DNA from: Paraspadella gotoi
Taxonomy: Eukaryota; Animalia; Chaetognatha
DNA: 64,000 bases
Assembly: GCA_051294375.1 (NCBI GenBank)
Contig: CM119267.1
Coordinates: forward strand, 6,670,757 to 6,734,756
Reading direction: 5' to 3'
The notes under the pieces are model-generated. The model made no database searches. It was not told the origin of the DNA and saw only the letters and a list, made by a program, of their open reading frames with translations. A program made the translations under genes and the position numbers. Positions 1-13,631 of this stretch are shown here, in pieces. Each line of letters begins with the position of its first letter. Positions within the stretch are counted from its first letter, which is position 1.

Positions 1-9
1 TCTCGCTCA

Positions 10-44
<35 letters not shown>

Positions 45-1323
45 TCTCTCTCTCTCTCTCGTCTTCTCTCTTCTCTCTCTCTCTCTATCCTGCTGAATTT
101 GGTTTTTTTCCTCTTTTCGACCTCTTATTTCCTACCCCACGTGGCTCTGACGCCCTGTTTCCCTTCTTTTCGCCCTCTCTCGATTGGCCGCCGGCAGCCA
201 ACCTCATAAACCATTCATCAAAATTTTCTCCTTTGTTCATCTTGAAAGTTAATTTCCGAAGGAATGTGATTAGAAAAATCCCGGAGTAAAAGCGATAACC
301 GGGAGCGAGAGAGATAGGACTGGGGAATAAAGGGGAAGAGGGAGGAGGGGAAGACAGGATCTGCGCGAAGAAAGGAGGAATGAAAAAATGAGAAGGGGAA
401 AAGAAAAGTGAGAGAAAGGCGTTATACTTGGATGACAGATAGAAATTATAGGAGTAGAGAGAGAAAGCGAAGCGAAGGAGAGAGAGAGAGAGATGAGAGA
501 GAGAAAGAGAGAGAGAGAGCCCGAAGAGAGGCATATGAAGAAAGGTATAAAAAATGGGAGAACAAAATTAAGGGAAAAGATAAAATTGGATTTTTGATTC
601 GGGTTTTTCATAGCTACAATCAAAGACTTCTGTATTTCTCTCAGCAGCAAAAAATTCAAACTTTTTTTTGTTTTTTTGAAAGATTAATAACGCCATATTT
701 AACGCCATAAATAACTCGTTTATTTTCCTAATTTCCACACAAAACAAATATGAACGGGGTTTCTATCTATTGGGTTAAATTTCACTTAAGTGATTGAGAA
801 AACAGCCACTCTCACCAGAAATAGCAGAAGAAATACTGTAAAATATGAAAAAAATAACCTTATGTTCTGTTGGAAAGTAAAAGATTGGTGTAAGACAAGC
901 ATGCCGTTAACTTTTCATTGAATTGTAACAATAACAAAAACTAGCCCGAATTCTTGGAAAGTTGTCGTCTTTCGTATCGTCCGCACATATCGCTAGATTC
1001 GCGTCATGTCTCGTCCTCATCGAATCCTCGTTCGTCCTTTTTGAGCGTCCGTTGGGCCGTTTCGTCGTCGTCCGTCGTCGCCCGGAGGAAAACATTAAGA
1101 CGAATTTCCATACAGGCGAGTATCTCATATATGCAAGTATGGCGGTTCTGGAAAGAGAGAGAGAGAAGATGATGAGAGGAGAGAGAGGAGAGAGAGAAAG
1201 AGAGAGAGAGAGAGATTCCGGGAACGCAGGGCAAGACCGGAGAGTGCGGGAGCCTCTGGGACCTAGCGTGGGAGGGTGAGGAGGAGAAAGAGAGAGAGAG
1301 AGAGAGGAAGGAGAGAGAGAGAG

Positions 1324-1367
<44 letters not shown>

Positions 1368-3951
1368 AGAGAGAGAAAGAGAGGAGACACGTACTCAGTA
1401 AGTTTGTTTTCAAATGCTTTTTTTAATTGAAAACAATTTTTTTCCACTAACCATAGATTTAAAAATACGAATATGTATGTATTTTACAGCCTTAAGTAGC
1501 GGTAATTTCGAACATGTACTACTCAATATCATCTCAGAATACAAATTTAATTATTGAATTAATACAACGTCAAGTATAAGTCTAAGTATAGTCCAAGTCT
1601 AGTCTGCTTACTTTTAAAGTCTTAACATTCAACTTTCACAAGAGGACGAATTATTTCAGAATTTGAAGTTCCACTCGGGCGCGCCCCATCCAAGTCCTGA
1701 CTTGATTAGATCATTACGGTTAACGGAACGCCTGGGGCGACGCAGTATCAAAAACAATATCTACTAGAAATATTGTTAATACCATTATTGAATATCTCTC
1801 TAAACCTCCCGACGACGATGGTTGATTAATGGAATCGTGTTGTGACGTTCGAAGGAGGCGAAACGAATGACTTTCACAGGGTGAGACGACGATGACGACG
1901 ACGACAACGAGACGATACGACGACGACGACGACAAACGACGAGCGTCGTCTTTGGTTTGGCCCTTGAATCATTAAAAAAAAAAAGGATGGAAATATAAAC
2001 TTAGGAACGAGATACTCCTGTTAATAAACCGGTTCTTTGGCGTTCGCGTTGAAGCGTCGTCGTTGTCGTTGTCGTTTGTCGTTTCGTTGTCTGTCGTCGT
2101 TTGTCGTCGTCGTACTCGCCTACATCGGCATTCGCCTCGTGTTTTTTTTTTTCTATTCTTTCCCCGCGAAGCATGTCTTCGTCGTTGTTTTTTCTAGTAG
2201 TTTCTTTCACATTAGTTTTTTGTTTATAAATTTTTAAATAGAAACTCACGAATCATATGATATTTATTTATTTCGAATTTATTAAAGCTATATTTTATTA
2301 AGCTCGATCATCTTTTTCCAGACATTGACTGTAGATTCAAAAGCTTTTGGCTTTAAAGTGTCAACAATAGTTGCAAAGTGGCATATCGCTATTTCGGCCA
2401 TTTCTCAACTTGCCCACCTGTCATTTCTAGCTGGAAAAAACATTCATTTTTTTCCCCCCCGTTTCGTCCCGCTAAGGAAATCTTCCATTGCCGCAATGCC
2501 AACGCTTATCCTCGTGCCCATGCTCGTCAATCAGTATTGGCTGTTATTTCTGTCAAGCGATTACCTCTCGCCCATTGTAGGCGAACATCCATTATATCGG
2601 TCAGCGGACGCATTTCCCCCCATCACCCCTCCAGCGCATTCGCCAAGTTGCGGCCGCGGAGGGAATTCGCTCAGCGAAGAATCCTCCGCTTCCCATTGGT
2701 CGGTTCTTCGCTCGCGCCCGCGGCATTCCGCATCCTCGGCCCTTTTTATACCACCCCCCTTATTCGGCCGGCCCCTCTTCGCCCCGCGTTCTTCAACCGG
2801 CCGAGGATTCCCGCCCCCTGGAGAGTCGCGCCCTCTCGCGTCTGCCCTTGGTCTCGTTTCTGGCGCGGGTGTCGAAGGTTGAGAATGCCGACTCGTGACG
2901 TCTCGCAGTTGGTTTTTTTCTTCTTTCGTTGTTGCTTTTCTTTACTGACGGTCACTGGCTGGAATTCTTAAAAAAAGGCGGAAGCGCGAGGACAATTTTT
3001 GCGGAGTGCAGTGCGGGGGCAAGAGGGGAAAGTAGAGATGGGGAGAGACGAATGAGAGATTAATGTGAGAGAGAAGAGGGGGGGGGGATTTTTAATCGCA
3101 TTCATGATAAGTCGATTAAGTCATTACAAGATCCGCCTTAAATGAAGATTTTCAACGCCCTTCAATGAGTAATAAACAACAAACTTTTTTTTCTTCAAAA
3201 AATTTAATGAACGGAGAGTCCGATTTAAGTTTTACATGAAGCTTCTCATTCAAAAACGTTGAACTTTTTTTTTTAACTAAAAATTCGTTTAGCTTTCACG
3301 GGCTTTCCAGAATCTCGCGTCCCTTTTTTTTTCATTTACGTATATTTATTTTATTCGAAAAAGGTGTTGAAGTGCGAGCGCTGTATAGTATATCATCTTT
3401 CGTAGTACTTATTTCTAAAAAAACATTTTTCCCCCGCAACTCTCGACCTAAGATCCTCGCGGATCGAGACCTCACCAAATTCACCTCAACCCATGGGACT
3501 CGGGCGGAAAAGGACGGCGTTAATAGCGAAGCTCGCGCGTTGTTCTTTCGCCGCGGCGTTTGTTTTTTTTTTTCAGTGGTGGGGGGTAGGTCTGCTTCCG
3601 GCGTCGTTCACCTTCTTTTTCAAACGACGTTTCCGCCGACGCTTTTTTCCTTTTCTCCTCTTCCAACTTCTTTCTTCTCTTTTCCCAGCGGCGCAAGTTT
3701 TACTTTTCGAGTTTCTTTTTATCCCTTTTTTTTTTTAGGCGGCGTCGTCGTCTTAACTATTTTCTTTCTTTCGTTTTCAAGTTTTCTTTCTCTCCTCACC
3801 CTTTCCTCCTCCTCTTTCTACTCCAACCTTCTATCCTCCTACTTATTTCGTTTTAGTTTTCGGGTAACTTGTGCCCGATTCTCCAGATGATTCTCAAAGT
3901 CTAATCGTGACAGGTTTTATTTCTCCCCAAGTAATATCATTACATTTTTTT

Positions 3952-6900
3952 TATCAAAGCCATGACCGGCGAAGCCGGTCAGGCTTGATATTGATTCGGG
4001 TGACTTCTTTGTGACGTCGTCGTCGTCGTCGTCGGCCGTCACGGCTGTTTTTTTACTATAAAGTACTACGCTTTTAATAGGTTTGGCTTTGACTTACCGT
4101 TTTTTTTAAAATAAACAATTATTATAAATTATGATAGAGTTTTACAAAGTGGTGGCAATCATATTAAGTTAAATTTAGATATGGCTTCTCAATTTAAAAT
4201 AGCTTTGATATTTTCTCATTACATTCTGGATTTAAAGTATTTTTTTTGTTTGAAATTTTCACTTCATTATGATTTACTTCGCAATATGCTAAATGAGATT
4301 ATAGTACTGATTATAAAACCAAATTAGTATATAGAAATGCTTTTTAAGCTAATTTACATATTGGCAGTATATAATATTGAAGATGAATTCAAAAAATTTT
4401 TTTTAAATTTCTAATAAAAATGGGAACTCAAAGGATTTTTTTAAATGAGAAGCTATATCTTAATTTTAATACCCAAATAAAAATAAATCATTTTACAAGC
4501 TGCGACTTGGAAAAATTGAAAAGTTCAACTTGTTAAACCATTGTAACATTTTTTGCCTTCTTTTATTTATTTTTTTTAATTATATATATTTTTTTTAGGC
4601 GGCTGCCTTTTCTGAATCGTTTTAAAAATCGAGTTCAGTTTCTTCTTCTGTCCTCTCTTTGTGTGCGAATCTCTTTGCGTGATCGTTCCGTGATTATGGG
4701 AAAAATTCTGATTATTTTTTTCTTCAAAAAAAGCATATAATTTGAATAGGCGAGGCGCCTTTTTTGAATCGTTTAAAAAAAAACGAGTTCAAGGCTCTCT
4801 TCTCTCTCTCTCCCTCCGTCCTCCCCCTCCGTCTCTCTCTCTCTTCTCTCTCTCTCTCTCTCTCTCTCCTTTTTTACAAAAAAAAATTATTCACTTTGTT
4901 TTAACCACCGTTTTTTGAAAAATTCTTATTATTTCTTTCCTTTAAAAACTTTTATTATGCCATTTATTCCGCGCTTCTCTTTCTCAATACAAATCCCAAA
5001 TTTAACATCTAATTTTTCGTGGATTTTTTTTGAGAAAAATGTGAAAGAATAACTTACTTGACCTGGAATTTCGTGGCCCGTTGCGGGGCAACGAGTAAAC
5101 ACTGTCGAAGGACGTGACTAATAAGCGTTTTGATGGCACGGAACGTTACGTGTATAAAAAAAAATCAACTTGACCCGAGATCACGCCGATATAGAACAAG
5201 AGTGACTAATATTGCGTACGTTGGCGGGAAAACTTTCTCTCTCTCTCTCTCTCTCTCTCTCTTTACTCCTCTCTCTCTCTCTCTCTCCTCTCCTCTCTTC
5301 TCTCTTCTCCTCTCTCTCTCTCTCTTTTTTTTTTAACAAAAAAAAATTTAAACTTGTAAACGAGCTAACGAGTTCCGGCTCTCTCTCTCCTCTCCTCTCG
5401 TCTCTTCTAATCTTTCCTCTCTATCTGTTCTCTCTCTCTTTTCCTCTTTCTATCTCTTTTTTTTGTACAAAAATAATTTTAGTCACCATTTTTTTTTTTC
5501 ACCTCCGTCATTAAATACAAACGGAGTTCCGGCTCTCTCTATCTCTCTCTCTCTCTTTTTTTTTTACAAAAAAAATTTTTTAGTCACTTTTTTTTTTCAA
5601 CAGGCGAACGAGTAAACGAGTAAACGAGTTCCGGCTCTGTTCAGCTTTTTCTCTCTCTCTCTCTCTCCTCTCTCTCTTCGTTCCTCCTCTCATTCTCTCC
5701 TGTCTCTCTCTCAAATGTACGATCGTTCGTTTTTTGCAAAATTCTTATTATTTTTTTTTCCTTCTAAAACTTTATTATCGCCATTTATTTTTTTTCTCTA
5801 TACAAAATACCAAATTTACAATCCGAGATTTTTATGGTATTCATTTTAGAAAAAATGCAGGCAATGTCCACATGTTACATCAGCTTGCTTGCCTGTACTA
5901 TAGATGCTATATGTCCGGCATTTGCGCCGGCATTAAATTAAATTACATAATATCAACACTTTCTAACAAAACAAAATTTTTTTGTTTTTTGTTTATTTAC
6001 TGTAACTTTGGAAACCGGGTCGGCCCATATTGGCAAAATTAATATCTAAAATAAGGAGTTGAGAAGAGAGATATTTGTCCAAATTAATACATTACTTTTT
6101 TTGTTATTCTAACAATTTTTAAAAATTTTTAAAATTGTAATTTTTTTTATGTATTATTTAATCATTTTTATTCTTTTTTAAATAATTAATTTGAAGTTGG
6201 GATAAATATTTATAAATTAGTTTAAATATGCAAATATGAAATTTGCCCCTCGGTCTGGTTTCTTTCTTTAAAAAAAAGACAACAATCTAAATTTCAATTC
6301 AAGATTAAAAACTTTTTTAAGATGAGGAACATAAAATTTTTTTATAAGTAAAAAAAATATTAGAAAGAAAGAGTTCGTCCCTACTCAGATACGGTCGAAA
6401 CGAGTTCAAGCTCTCTGCAGGGCGGTCCAGCTTTCTCTCTATCTTTTCTCTTCTCTCCTCTCTCTTCTCCTCTCTCTTCTCTCTCTTCTCTCTCCTTTTT
6501 TTTTCTTAAATCTATTTAATTTCGCCATTTATAATTCCGCGCTTTTCTCATACAAAATCCAAATTTACATCGAATTTTCGTGAATTTTTTTTCTAAAAAT
6601 TTTGATTATTCTTTATATAAAACGAGAGTGAAAACGACCAGCCTCTCTCACTTTTCTCTCTCTCTCTCTCTCTCGTTCTCTTCTCTTCATCATACACGCA
6701 TTTTTTTGTTTTATTTACCGATGAATGCTCAATCGCGTCATGAATGACTATCATCCGGCATCAATGAATGATTTCATCATATCAATGAAATGATTATCAT
6801 CCACATCAAGCAATGACTAGTCATCTGCATAATCATTGGATTTCATCACTCAGTTATTTATATCTTCGCATCAAATTAATTGGTTATCATCGCATCAATA

Positions 6901-7037
6901 TTTAGTTATCATCGCATTAATATTTGGTTACCATCGAAAGCTGCTCGATCCCTATTGCTTTTAGATTTTTCCCCCTAAAAATTCTGATTGCGTTTCGTTG
7001 CGGGGAAAACTGGTCCAGCCAGCCTCTCTCTTCTCTC

Positions 7038-7073
<36 letters not shown>

Positions 7074-7186
7074 CTCTCTTTCCACACTCATACACGCATT
7101 TGTTTGTTTATTTTACGATGAATGAATGACTATCATCGCATCAATGAATACTATCATCATGGCTTGATCCTTATCGCTTTTAAGAT
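3952..7186 (+). mobile_element. ~3.2-kb non-autonomous Helentron-associated element (HINE/DINE-1-like), family A
   Basis: Starts in a T-run with hairpin tatcaaagccatgaccggc-GAA-gccggtcaggcttgata (3952-3990), followed by (GTC)n (4015-4033). The 3' subterminal inverted copy tcatggcttgat (7157-7168) is followed by a short stem-loop and a T-run. The interior is built from repeated modules. Confidence 0.6.
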
Positions 7187-10100
7187 TTTTTTTATTTGTT
7201 TTTTTTTAAATATTTCTTTATCTCTTCTCGCCATTTTGTGACTCCCACCTCGTTCCTTATTTCTCCCTTTTCCTTCGTCGTCTCTCTCCTTCCTTCGCCA
7301 ATTTTACGCGTCGAGTTTTCGCGACATTAGAGAGTAATATTCTCTCTCTCTATCTCTCTCTTTCCCTCGGCTCTCTTCCACCTTTATTTTTGTGGAAAAT
7401 GGAGCGAGAGAGAGAGAGAGAGAGAGAGAGAGGAGGGAGAGTCCAGTATCCCTGAGTTTCAACAATACATTTAAACTGAGATATTTTGATATGAAGAGTT
7501 AGCTCGTCACTAAATCTACTACTTAATGGCCCAGGAAAATCAATATCGATGCGAATGTTAATGTTAATGGGTTTTGATGAGAAATATGACGAGGGCTTTT
7601 CCTTATAGCGAATAAAACTAATATTTTTTCCATTCTAGTTACGGTCACATCGGTAAGCTATCAACAAGTGTCCATTCGAACGTTATGACAACTTATTATG
7701 CACAAATAATCAATCATAGTATGATCTAAACTATTTCTATAACTAAGTAAGTAAGAACTGATGATTTTAACGCTGAAACGAAAAACCTAACTAGTCTTTA
7801 TTTGTGTGAAACCGTAAAACCGAGAAGCATATCGTTACCGTGTGGCCGCATAAAAAATGGACGAATCAGAGCGCGAAAACCACTGATTATCGTCATTAGG
7901 AGTCCCTACGCGGTTCTTAGAAATCGAGGAAGACTTTTTCATGGAGAATTTTGTTAAAATCTTGACTAACCAAATAATGTCAACGCCCCTGGAAAAATTC
8001 AGTAAAATAGATGTACACTCGATTCTCCGATCCTGTTGCATCTGAAGGGATCGCATTTTTTTTTCTCTTGAACAAATTAACATCATTTGACATCGACATT
8101 CGACAATGGACTGGTACCGCTCGGGAAAATATTTTTTGATGCAATTTTTATAATATAAATAAGGGATTCTCAACTTCAATACAGAATGTCAACGCATTTA
8201 AGGTATGTTTGTCCTTACAATAACTCGAATTCAGGTAATCTGATAGCAAATGTTGAAGGGCTCTCAAAATTTTTCTTTACATTTCATTTGGTTTATTTGA
8301 ATATGATACCCGATCAATGTTAAAGTGAATTAGTCCATTTTGGTGAAATTTTTATTTAAAGTAAAAGTAAAAGAAGGGAGCAACGTCGAATTCGAGACCG
8401 CAATTTTTATATTGCGAGTAAACCGAAGAGAAAAAGCTTTAACTTTAAGTTTGGTTCCTTTTTTTCTTTTTTTTTCGCAACCCAAACGAACCAAGTATGA
8501 AACACGCAACCCATGCAAACCGCCCCGCAGCTTTGGTAAGTCTTTACAACTGTGCTCTCTCGCTTTGGTGAGCTTTTTTTTTCAACCCCTGGTTACTTTT
8601 TAGCAAGCTTTTTACCGCTTCGCTCTTATTTTGTTGTCAAGCAACGAACTGCCGTAATTTTTCCGTTACGCGCCGGATTTATTTTTTTTTGTTATGCTTT
8701 CCAAGTGTTAACGGCTCCACTGGCGCCGCTTATATTTTTTTTAAAAAGAACTTTTTTAAAAGAATTCCATCGAACGGCCACGTTTTCGTCGTCGTCATCT
8801 TTTTCGTCGTCGTCGTCGTTGCCGTCGACATCTATCCATTGCCCCTCGTTACGTCGCCCGGTCGTACATTTGCTGAATTAAATTTTGGACCCTGGCTTTC
8901 CGCTTCGAGACTGTTTTTTTTTAAGCAAAAAAAATAAAATGATTATATTTAATATTTAAACAGATTGAAATAAACAGGGGAAAATTAAACAAAAAGAATT
9001 TTATATTCCTTTACTATTCAGTTGACGCTTTCATGACGTCACTAAGCCATTTCATCAGAAAGTTTTTTTTTCTAAATTATAATAATTAAATGATAGATAT
9101 GTAAAATGCTAGCAACTGTACAACGTATACTACAGAAAACGGATGACCTAAAAAATAACAGAAAATATCTACCCCTGGAAAACAATATAAAAAAAAATAA
9201 ATTAAAATAAAAAAAAACGGAGGGAAATGGAGAAGGTTATAAATCATTTGGAACGAGCGTTGGATGTTGGAATCCCAGTCGTATTTCTCCATAAAGTAGG
9301 TCCGGGCGGAGCCGACGTTGAAGATGGTGGTGGTGGGAGGGCTGGGAGATAGAGGTGGGTGAGGATCTGAATTCGGGCTCGTTTGACGGGCGGTGGGGGC
9401 CGTGAGAAATAGATAGAATGGCGTCCATCAAGAGGTGAGAAAGAAAACCGAGCGTAATCTGACAGGAGGGTAGGAAAAGGGTCAGGATAAGAAAAAAAAT
9501 AGGGAAAGAGTAAGGAAAGGGTAAGGAAAAAATAAGGAAAGGGTGAGAGAAAGGTAAGGTTGAAGGTTTTGGGAAATTAGGACAGGTCGAGAAGTGAACC
9601 GACGTTTAGTATTCGGAGGAGAAATGATGAGGAAGAGAAAGAACCGTTGATATATGTTGGATTGTTGGTTTGTTGAATGAGTGAAACTGGAATGTTGATG
9701 ATTATCATAAAAAGGATGATGATGACGGTGATTGTGTGAGGGTGATTGATGACGATGATCGTTATCGAAAGATCACGCCCGACCCTAAAAAAAACTTTTA
9801 TAAATCAAAATAGAGTTTCGACAACGGTAGTTACTGTATAAATACTTGTGTAATTGTGTGTTATATAAGAAATTTAGAATACAAATACAAATACAATAAA
9901 GAAAGGCGCCATCTTTATCTACAAAACCACGAACAATTTAACAATGAAAATCCGATAAACATTGAGTGGAACCGACCTCGAACATGTCCCTTTGCGCTCG
10001 CGGGCCGATCCGAGATAAGGGGATGATTCCAGGGAGGCGTTGGCGGCGCTGGCGGCGCTGGCGGCCCTGGCGCTGTCGTCTTGTCTACATTCGCCCGTCA

Positions 10101-10474
10101 TCGGCGCAGCACCTTCGTCGCCGAGGGAGCCGCTGCCGCCCCGGGTAACGCCGACGCCTGGGCTGCTGTTGGAAAGAACCGTATTGGAGAAGAGAGAGAT
10201 TAAGGCGGCGGCGTCGGTGCGGCGTCGGCGCGGCGTCGGCGACGGCGCCGTGGGGGCGGCGCGGCGGCAGCGGCGGCGGGACTCCAGATTCGACCGAAGG
10301 TAAACGATTTTCTCGAGTGTAACGGGGATTTTTTTTTTTTGATTAATGAATGAATAACAATGGCGGAGAGTTAATGTTAATACGGAGAATGAAATGTGTC
10401 GCGACGGAAGTACGAGTTTATCATCCCTATGAATGAAAGAAAATAATCTCGGAATGAAATATAAACCAACTCAG

Positions 10475-10556
<82 letters not shown>

Positions 10557-10579
10557 CCTTTATCCACACAGATGCGAAC

Positions 10580-10726
10580 CCGCCTCGGCGTCTGTCCACT
10601 TATTTTCGAGACGGCGTTCGTCCCGAGCGACCGTCGTGCGTGCGACAGAGTGTGCGCGCAACTGCGACGTCGCTTTGGGACCCGGGAGGCAGTCATCCGA
10701 TTGAATGAGTACGTGTAGTTGTCTAC
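10580..10726 (-). CDS. Putative internal exon of the same unidentified minus-strand gene
   Basis: Acceptor ccttgctttcag, weaker donor CGG|gttcgc; 147 nt, frame-compatible with 13506-13631; GC-rich island. Confidence 0.3.
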
Positions 10727-10815
10727 CTGAAAGCAAGGAGGGATTTAAATTGGAAAAAAAATCGTTTTTTAAAACTTATAAATGCACTTATAAACAAACG
10801 TATTAATTAAAAATT

Positions 10816-11027
10816 CGGCCTTTTTTTTTACCAAACCGCCTCATTTAATCTGAAATTCAGATTAAAATTGTTTTTTAGTTTAAGGGTTTGATTAGGTTAG
10901 ATAAGGTAAGAGGTTTGGGATTAGGGATAGGGTTAAGTTTGGTAACAAAATAGGTTTGAATATTATGTTTGAAATTAAGTTCAGGGATTAATGAACGCAA
11001 ATGGGGCGCTTTTGGAAATGAGTGCCG
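10816..11027. mobile_element. Possible degenerate MITE with TTAGG/TTAGGG-like interior
   Basis: Imperfect terminal inverted repeats cggc...ccaaaccgcctcattt / aaatggggcgcttttgg...gccg around degenerate ttaggtt/ttaggg units (10875-10945). Confidence 0.35.
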
Positions 11028-12041
11028 TTATTCGAAAATTTGGTTTTTCTAGACATCGGGCTGGATCTCGAGACCTCTGCGGGGTTGAAGGCAAAGCAAT
11101 TTGTTCAAACGTCTCTACAAAATCAAATTTAAGCCCGGGTGTAAAGAGGGTATAGGACTTTTTGTTAATATATCGTGTAACAATTTAATTTCAGCATAGA
11201 AACAAAAGTGTTTTGGTTCACTCAAGGTTTTCTTTTCAAGGTCTTTCAAGCCTCTGAGCTCGCAGCGTCCGCATCAGCTTTCTTGTCTTCGTGTCTCAGC
11301 GCCTCAGAGGTTCGCTTTTTTATTCGAGACTGTTTTTCAGTTGCGCAAACAAATGCGATCACGTGATGAAACAGTTATTTTAGTTGATACTTTAAAGATA
11401 AGTGATTAACTACGAATGTGATGCTTGTTGTGAAACACCTTGAACCTCCGAAATCCTATTTGTTATTTTTTCCCCTTTAATCATCAATTTTTGATAATTC
11501 TTTAGAAATTTTGAAGGGTCAAAGAAAGTTGCATTTGAATGGGTTAAGGTCGATATTTAAAATTATTATTATAATTTTTTTAAATTTGGAAAAATTAAAC
11601 TCTATAGTATATAATATATATTACCTTCCACCTCTAACGAGGCGTCCCCTCCACTTTTATCGCCGCCACTGTTTCGTTTCCGGTTTAAATTTTCGCGTTT
11701 AATTAACGACCAAATTCGAAAAGATTTTTTCTCTCTTTTTAATTTCGTCCTTTAAAATATGCAAAAGGAAAAAGGGAGGACAATATTACTCTGGGGAATA
11801 ATGACTCAACGAAAGTTGAAAAGGGGATTCAAAGTCATTTTGGGGATGTCGCTTTCTGAAATCAGGGTCATTGGTCAATGGTCACACCCAATTTTTGAGA
11901 GTCACAATAAAAAAAAATGGAGTAGATATCAAAGCCGCCACCGCCCTCGTAGCCGCGCTTTACTCTTCCGGAAAGAAAAAGGCGAGAATAGAGAGCATTC
12001 CAGAGTTTAGTGCTTCAGATAAGATACGCGTACAGAGAGAG

Positions 12042-12074
<33 letters not shown>

Positions 12075-13505
12075 AGGAGAGAGAGAGAGAGAGAGACCGA
12101 GACCCATAGCGCGCGGGCGAGCGATTCCATTTTTTCCCCGCCCATCGTCCGACGGAAACCTTGATTCTTTCCCGTCTGCTAAACTGGCCCACGCGAAAAA
12201 TAGAAGGGTGGGGGGGGGTGATTGGGGGGGGAGAAGAATAAGAGTAACGACGGCAGTAGTGGCCTTCGAGAGCTGGTAGAATGGGTTTGTTAAGAGGATT
12301 GATAAAGAAAGAGCGCAGTGGTGTGTAACGGGGGCGAATGGAGATCGTATCGAAAATTGGGCTAGGGACATGACAAATAAAATTTATTTGTATTTCCATT
12401 GATGGTATTCTAAATGGTGTTATATGTTATATAGTATAATATAAATAGTCGATATTTAGACATACTTTTAGCATACGGCATGCATTTTCTGAGAGAAGCG
12501 TGGCTCTAAAATCGACATCGAATTGTAAAGATGGCGAACGATTTGGCGAATCATCAGGCGGCCTCGACTTCCCCGCCTTCTTTTCTTCGCCAATTATTTC
12601 GACTGGATCGTTAGGGCGGGAAAAATCTCGTCAAAGATCAGCAAGGTCGGTGGCCTTTGAGCTGGTGAGTTTTAAGTTTTACGAGCTTAGTGTTAAAACT
12701 AGACCGTTGTGTTGGGAGCTCCACGTTGAAGTTAGACAGTTGAGTGTTGAGAGCTGCATGTTAAGTTTTGAGTGTGGAGTGTAAGGAGTCGAGTTTTCTT
12801 CATTTCCATCCTATTTTTGTGCCAGGCAGTTTTTAAGTCAAATTAATTCATTAGTGAATAGTGATATACAAGACTGCATAAGCTTAAGGACCTGAGATTT
12901 AAACCGATGTCCATAGATAAGCGACAATCAAGATTAAATGGGGGAAAATAAATCCATTTTGGATTTAAATCCGATTGGCTTCACATTGGCAAGTGGCAAA
13001 AATTGTAAGAAAAGTGCCCTGTGGTCTGAATTTAGTTAGGATTCTAACTGGAAAGGAGGATGAGAATTCTATACCAATTCAGAGACGCAAGTCTTAACGT
13101 AAGTCTGAAAAAGAATTAAATTATGCAAAATCATAACAAAACGTTTTGTCAGCAACAGGTCAAAAATTTTAATCTTTTTGTTAATCAATCCTTTGGTTAC
13201 AAAAAAAAAACACGAAAATTAAAACTAAAACTGATATTGTATTGTATTTTTTTGCGCGAAAGTTGAACGAAATCCTGCAGCAGTCCGTCGGCAACCGAGG
13301 GTCGCTCGTAATCGCCCGCCCCTGACTCATTAGCCTTTCTTCTACTCACTCGTTCGGCCCGACCTTGGATCGCGGGAGGCGGTTAACCCATTTCATCCAC
13401 GCTTGTCTCTTAATAGTAAATATGTGTTTGTGTGAGAGAGAGATAGAGAGAGATAGAAAGAGATAGAAAGAGAGAGATAGAGAGAGAGGAAAGGATATTA
13501 CGTAC

Positions 13506-13631
13506 CTTCTCCTTTCGGCCGTAGCTTCTGTGATCGTATCTTCGTATCTTTACTTCCGGAACCGTTGTCTTCTTCGTCATCGTCGTCGTGGTCGTCGTCG
13601 ACTCTGTGTATATTCGCTTCGGCATCACCGC
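13506..13631 (-). CDS. Putative internal exon of unidentified minus-strand gene (two frames open: GDAEANIHRVDDDHDDDDEEDNGSGSK... or AVMPKRIYTEST...)
   Basis: Strong acceptor ctcttctttctccccag and donor AAG|gtacgt; 126 nt; no recognisable domain. Confidence 0.4.

Noticed and set aside
2480-2960. GC-rich island with TATAAAA/CCAAT-like motifs and open frames on both strands
   Set aside because: No coherent splice/start context or recognisable protein; the motif arrangement does not define a promoter.
7835-8179. 114-aa non-repetitive minus ORF
   Set aside because: No recognisable motif, AT-rich codons, no convincing splice sites.
10875-10945. Interstitial telomere
   Set aside because: Only a few degenerate TTAGG(G)-like units; better explained as TE-internal repeats.
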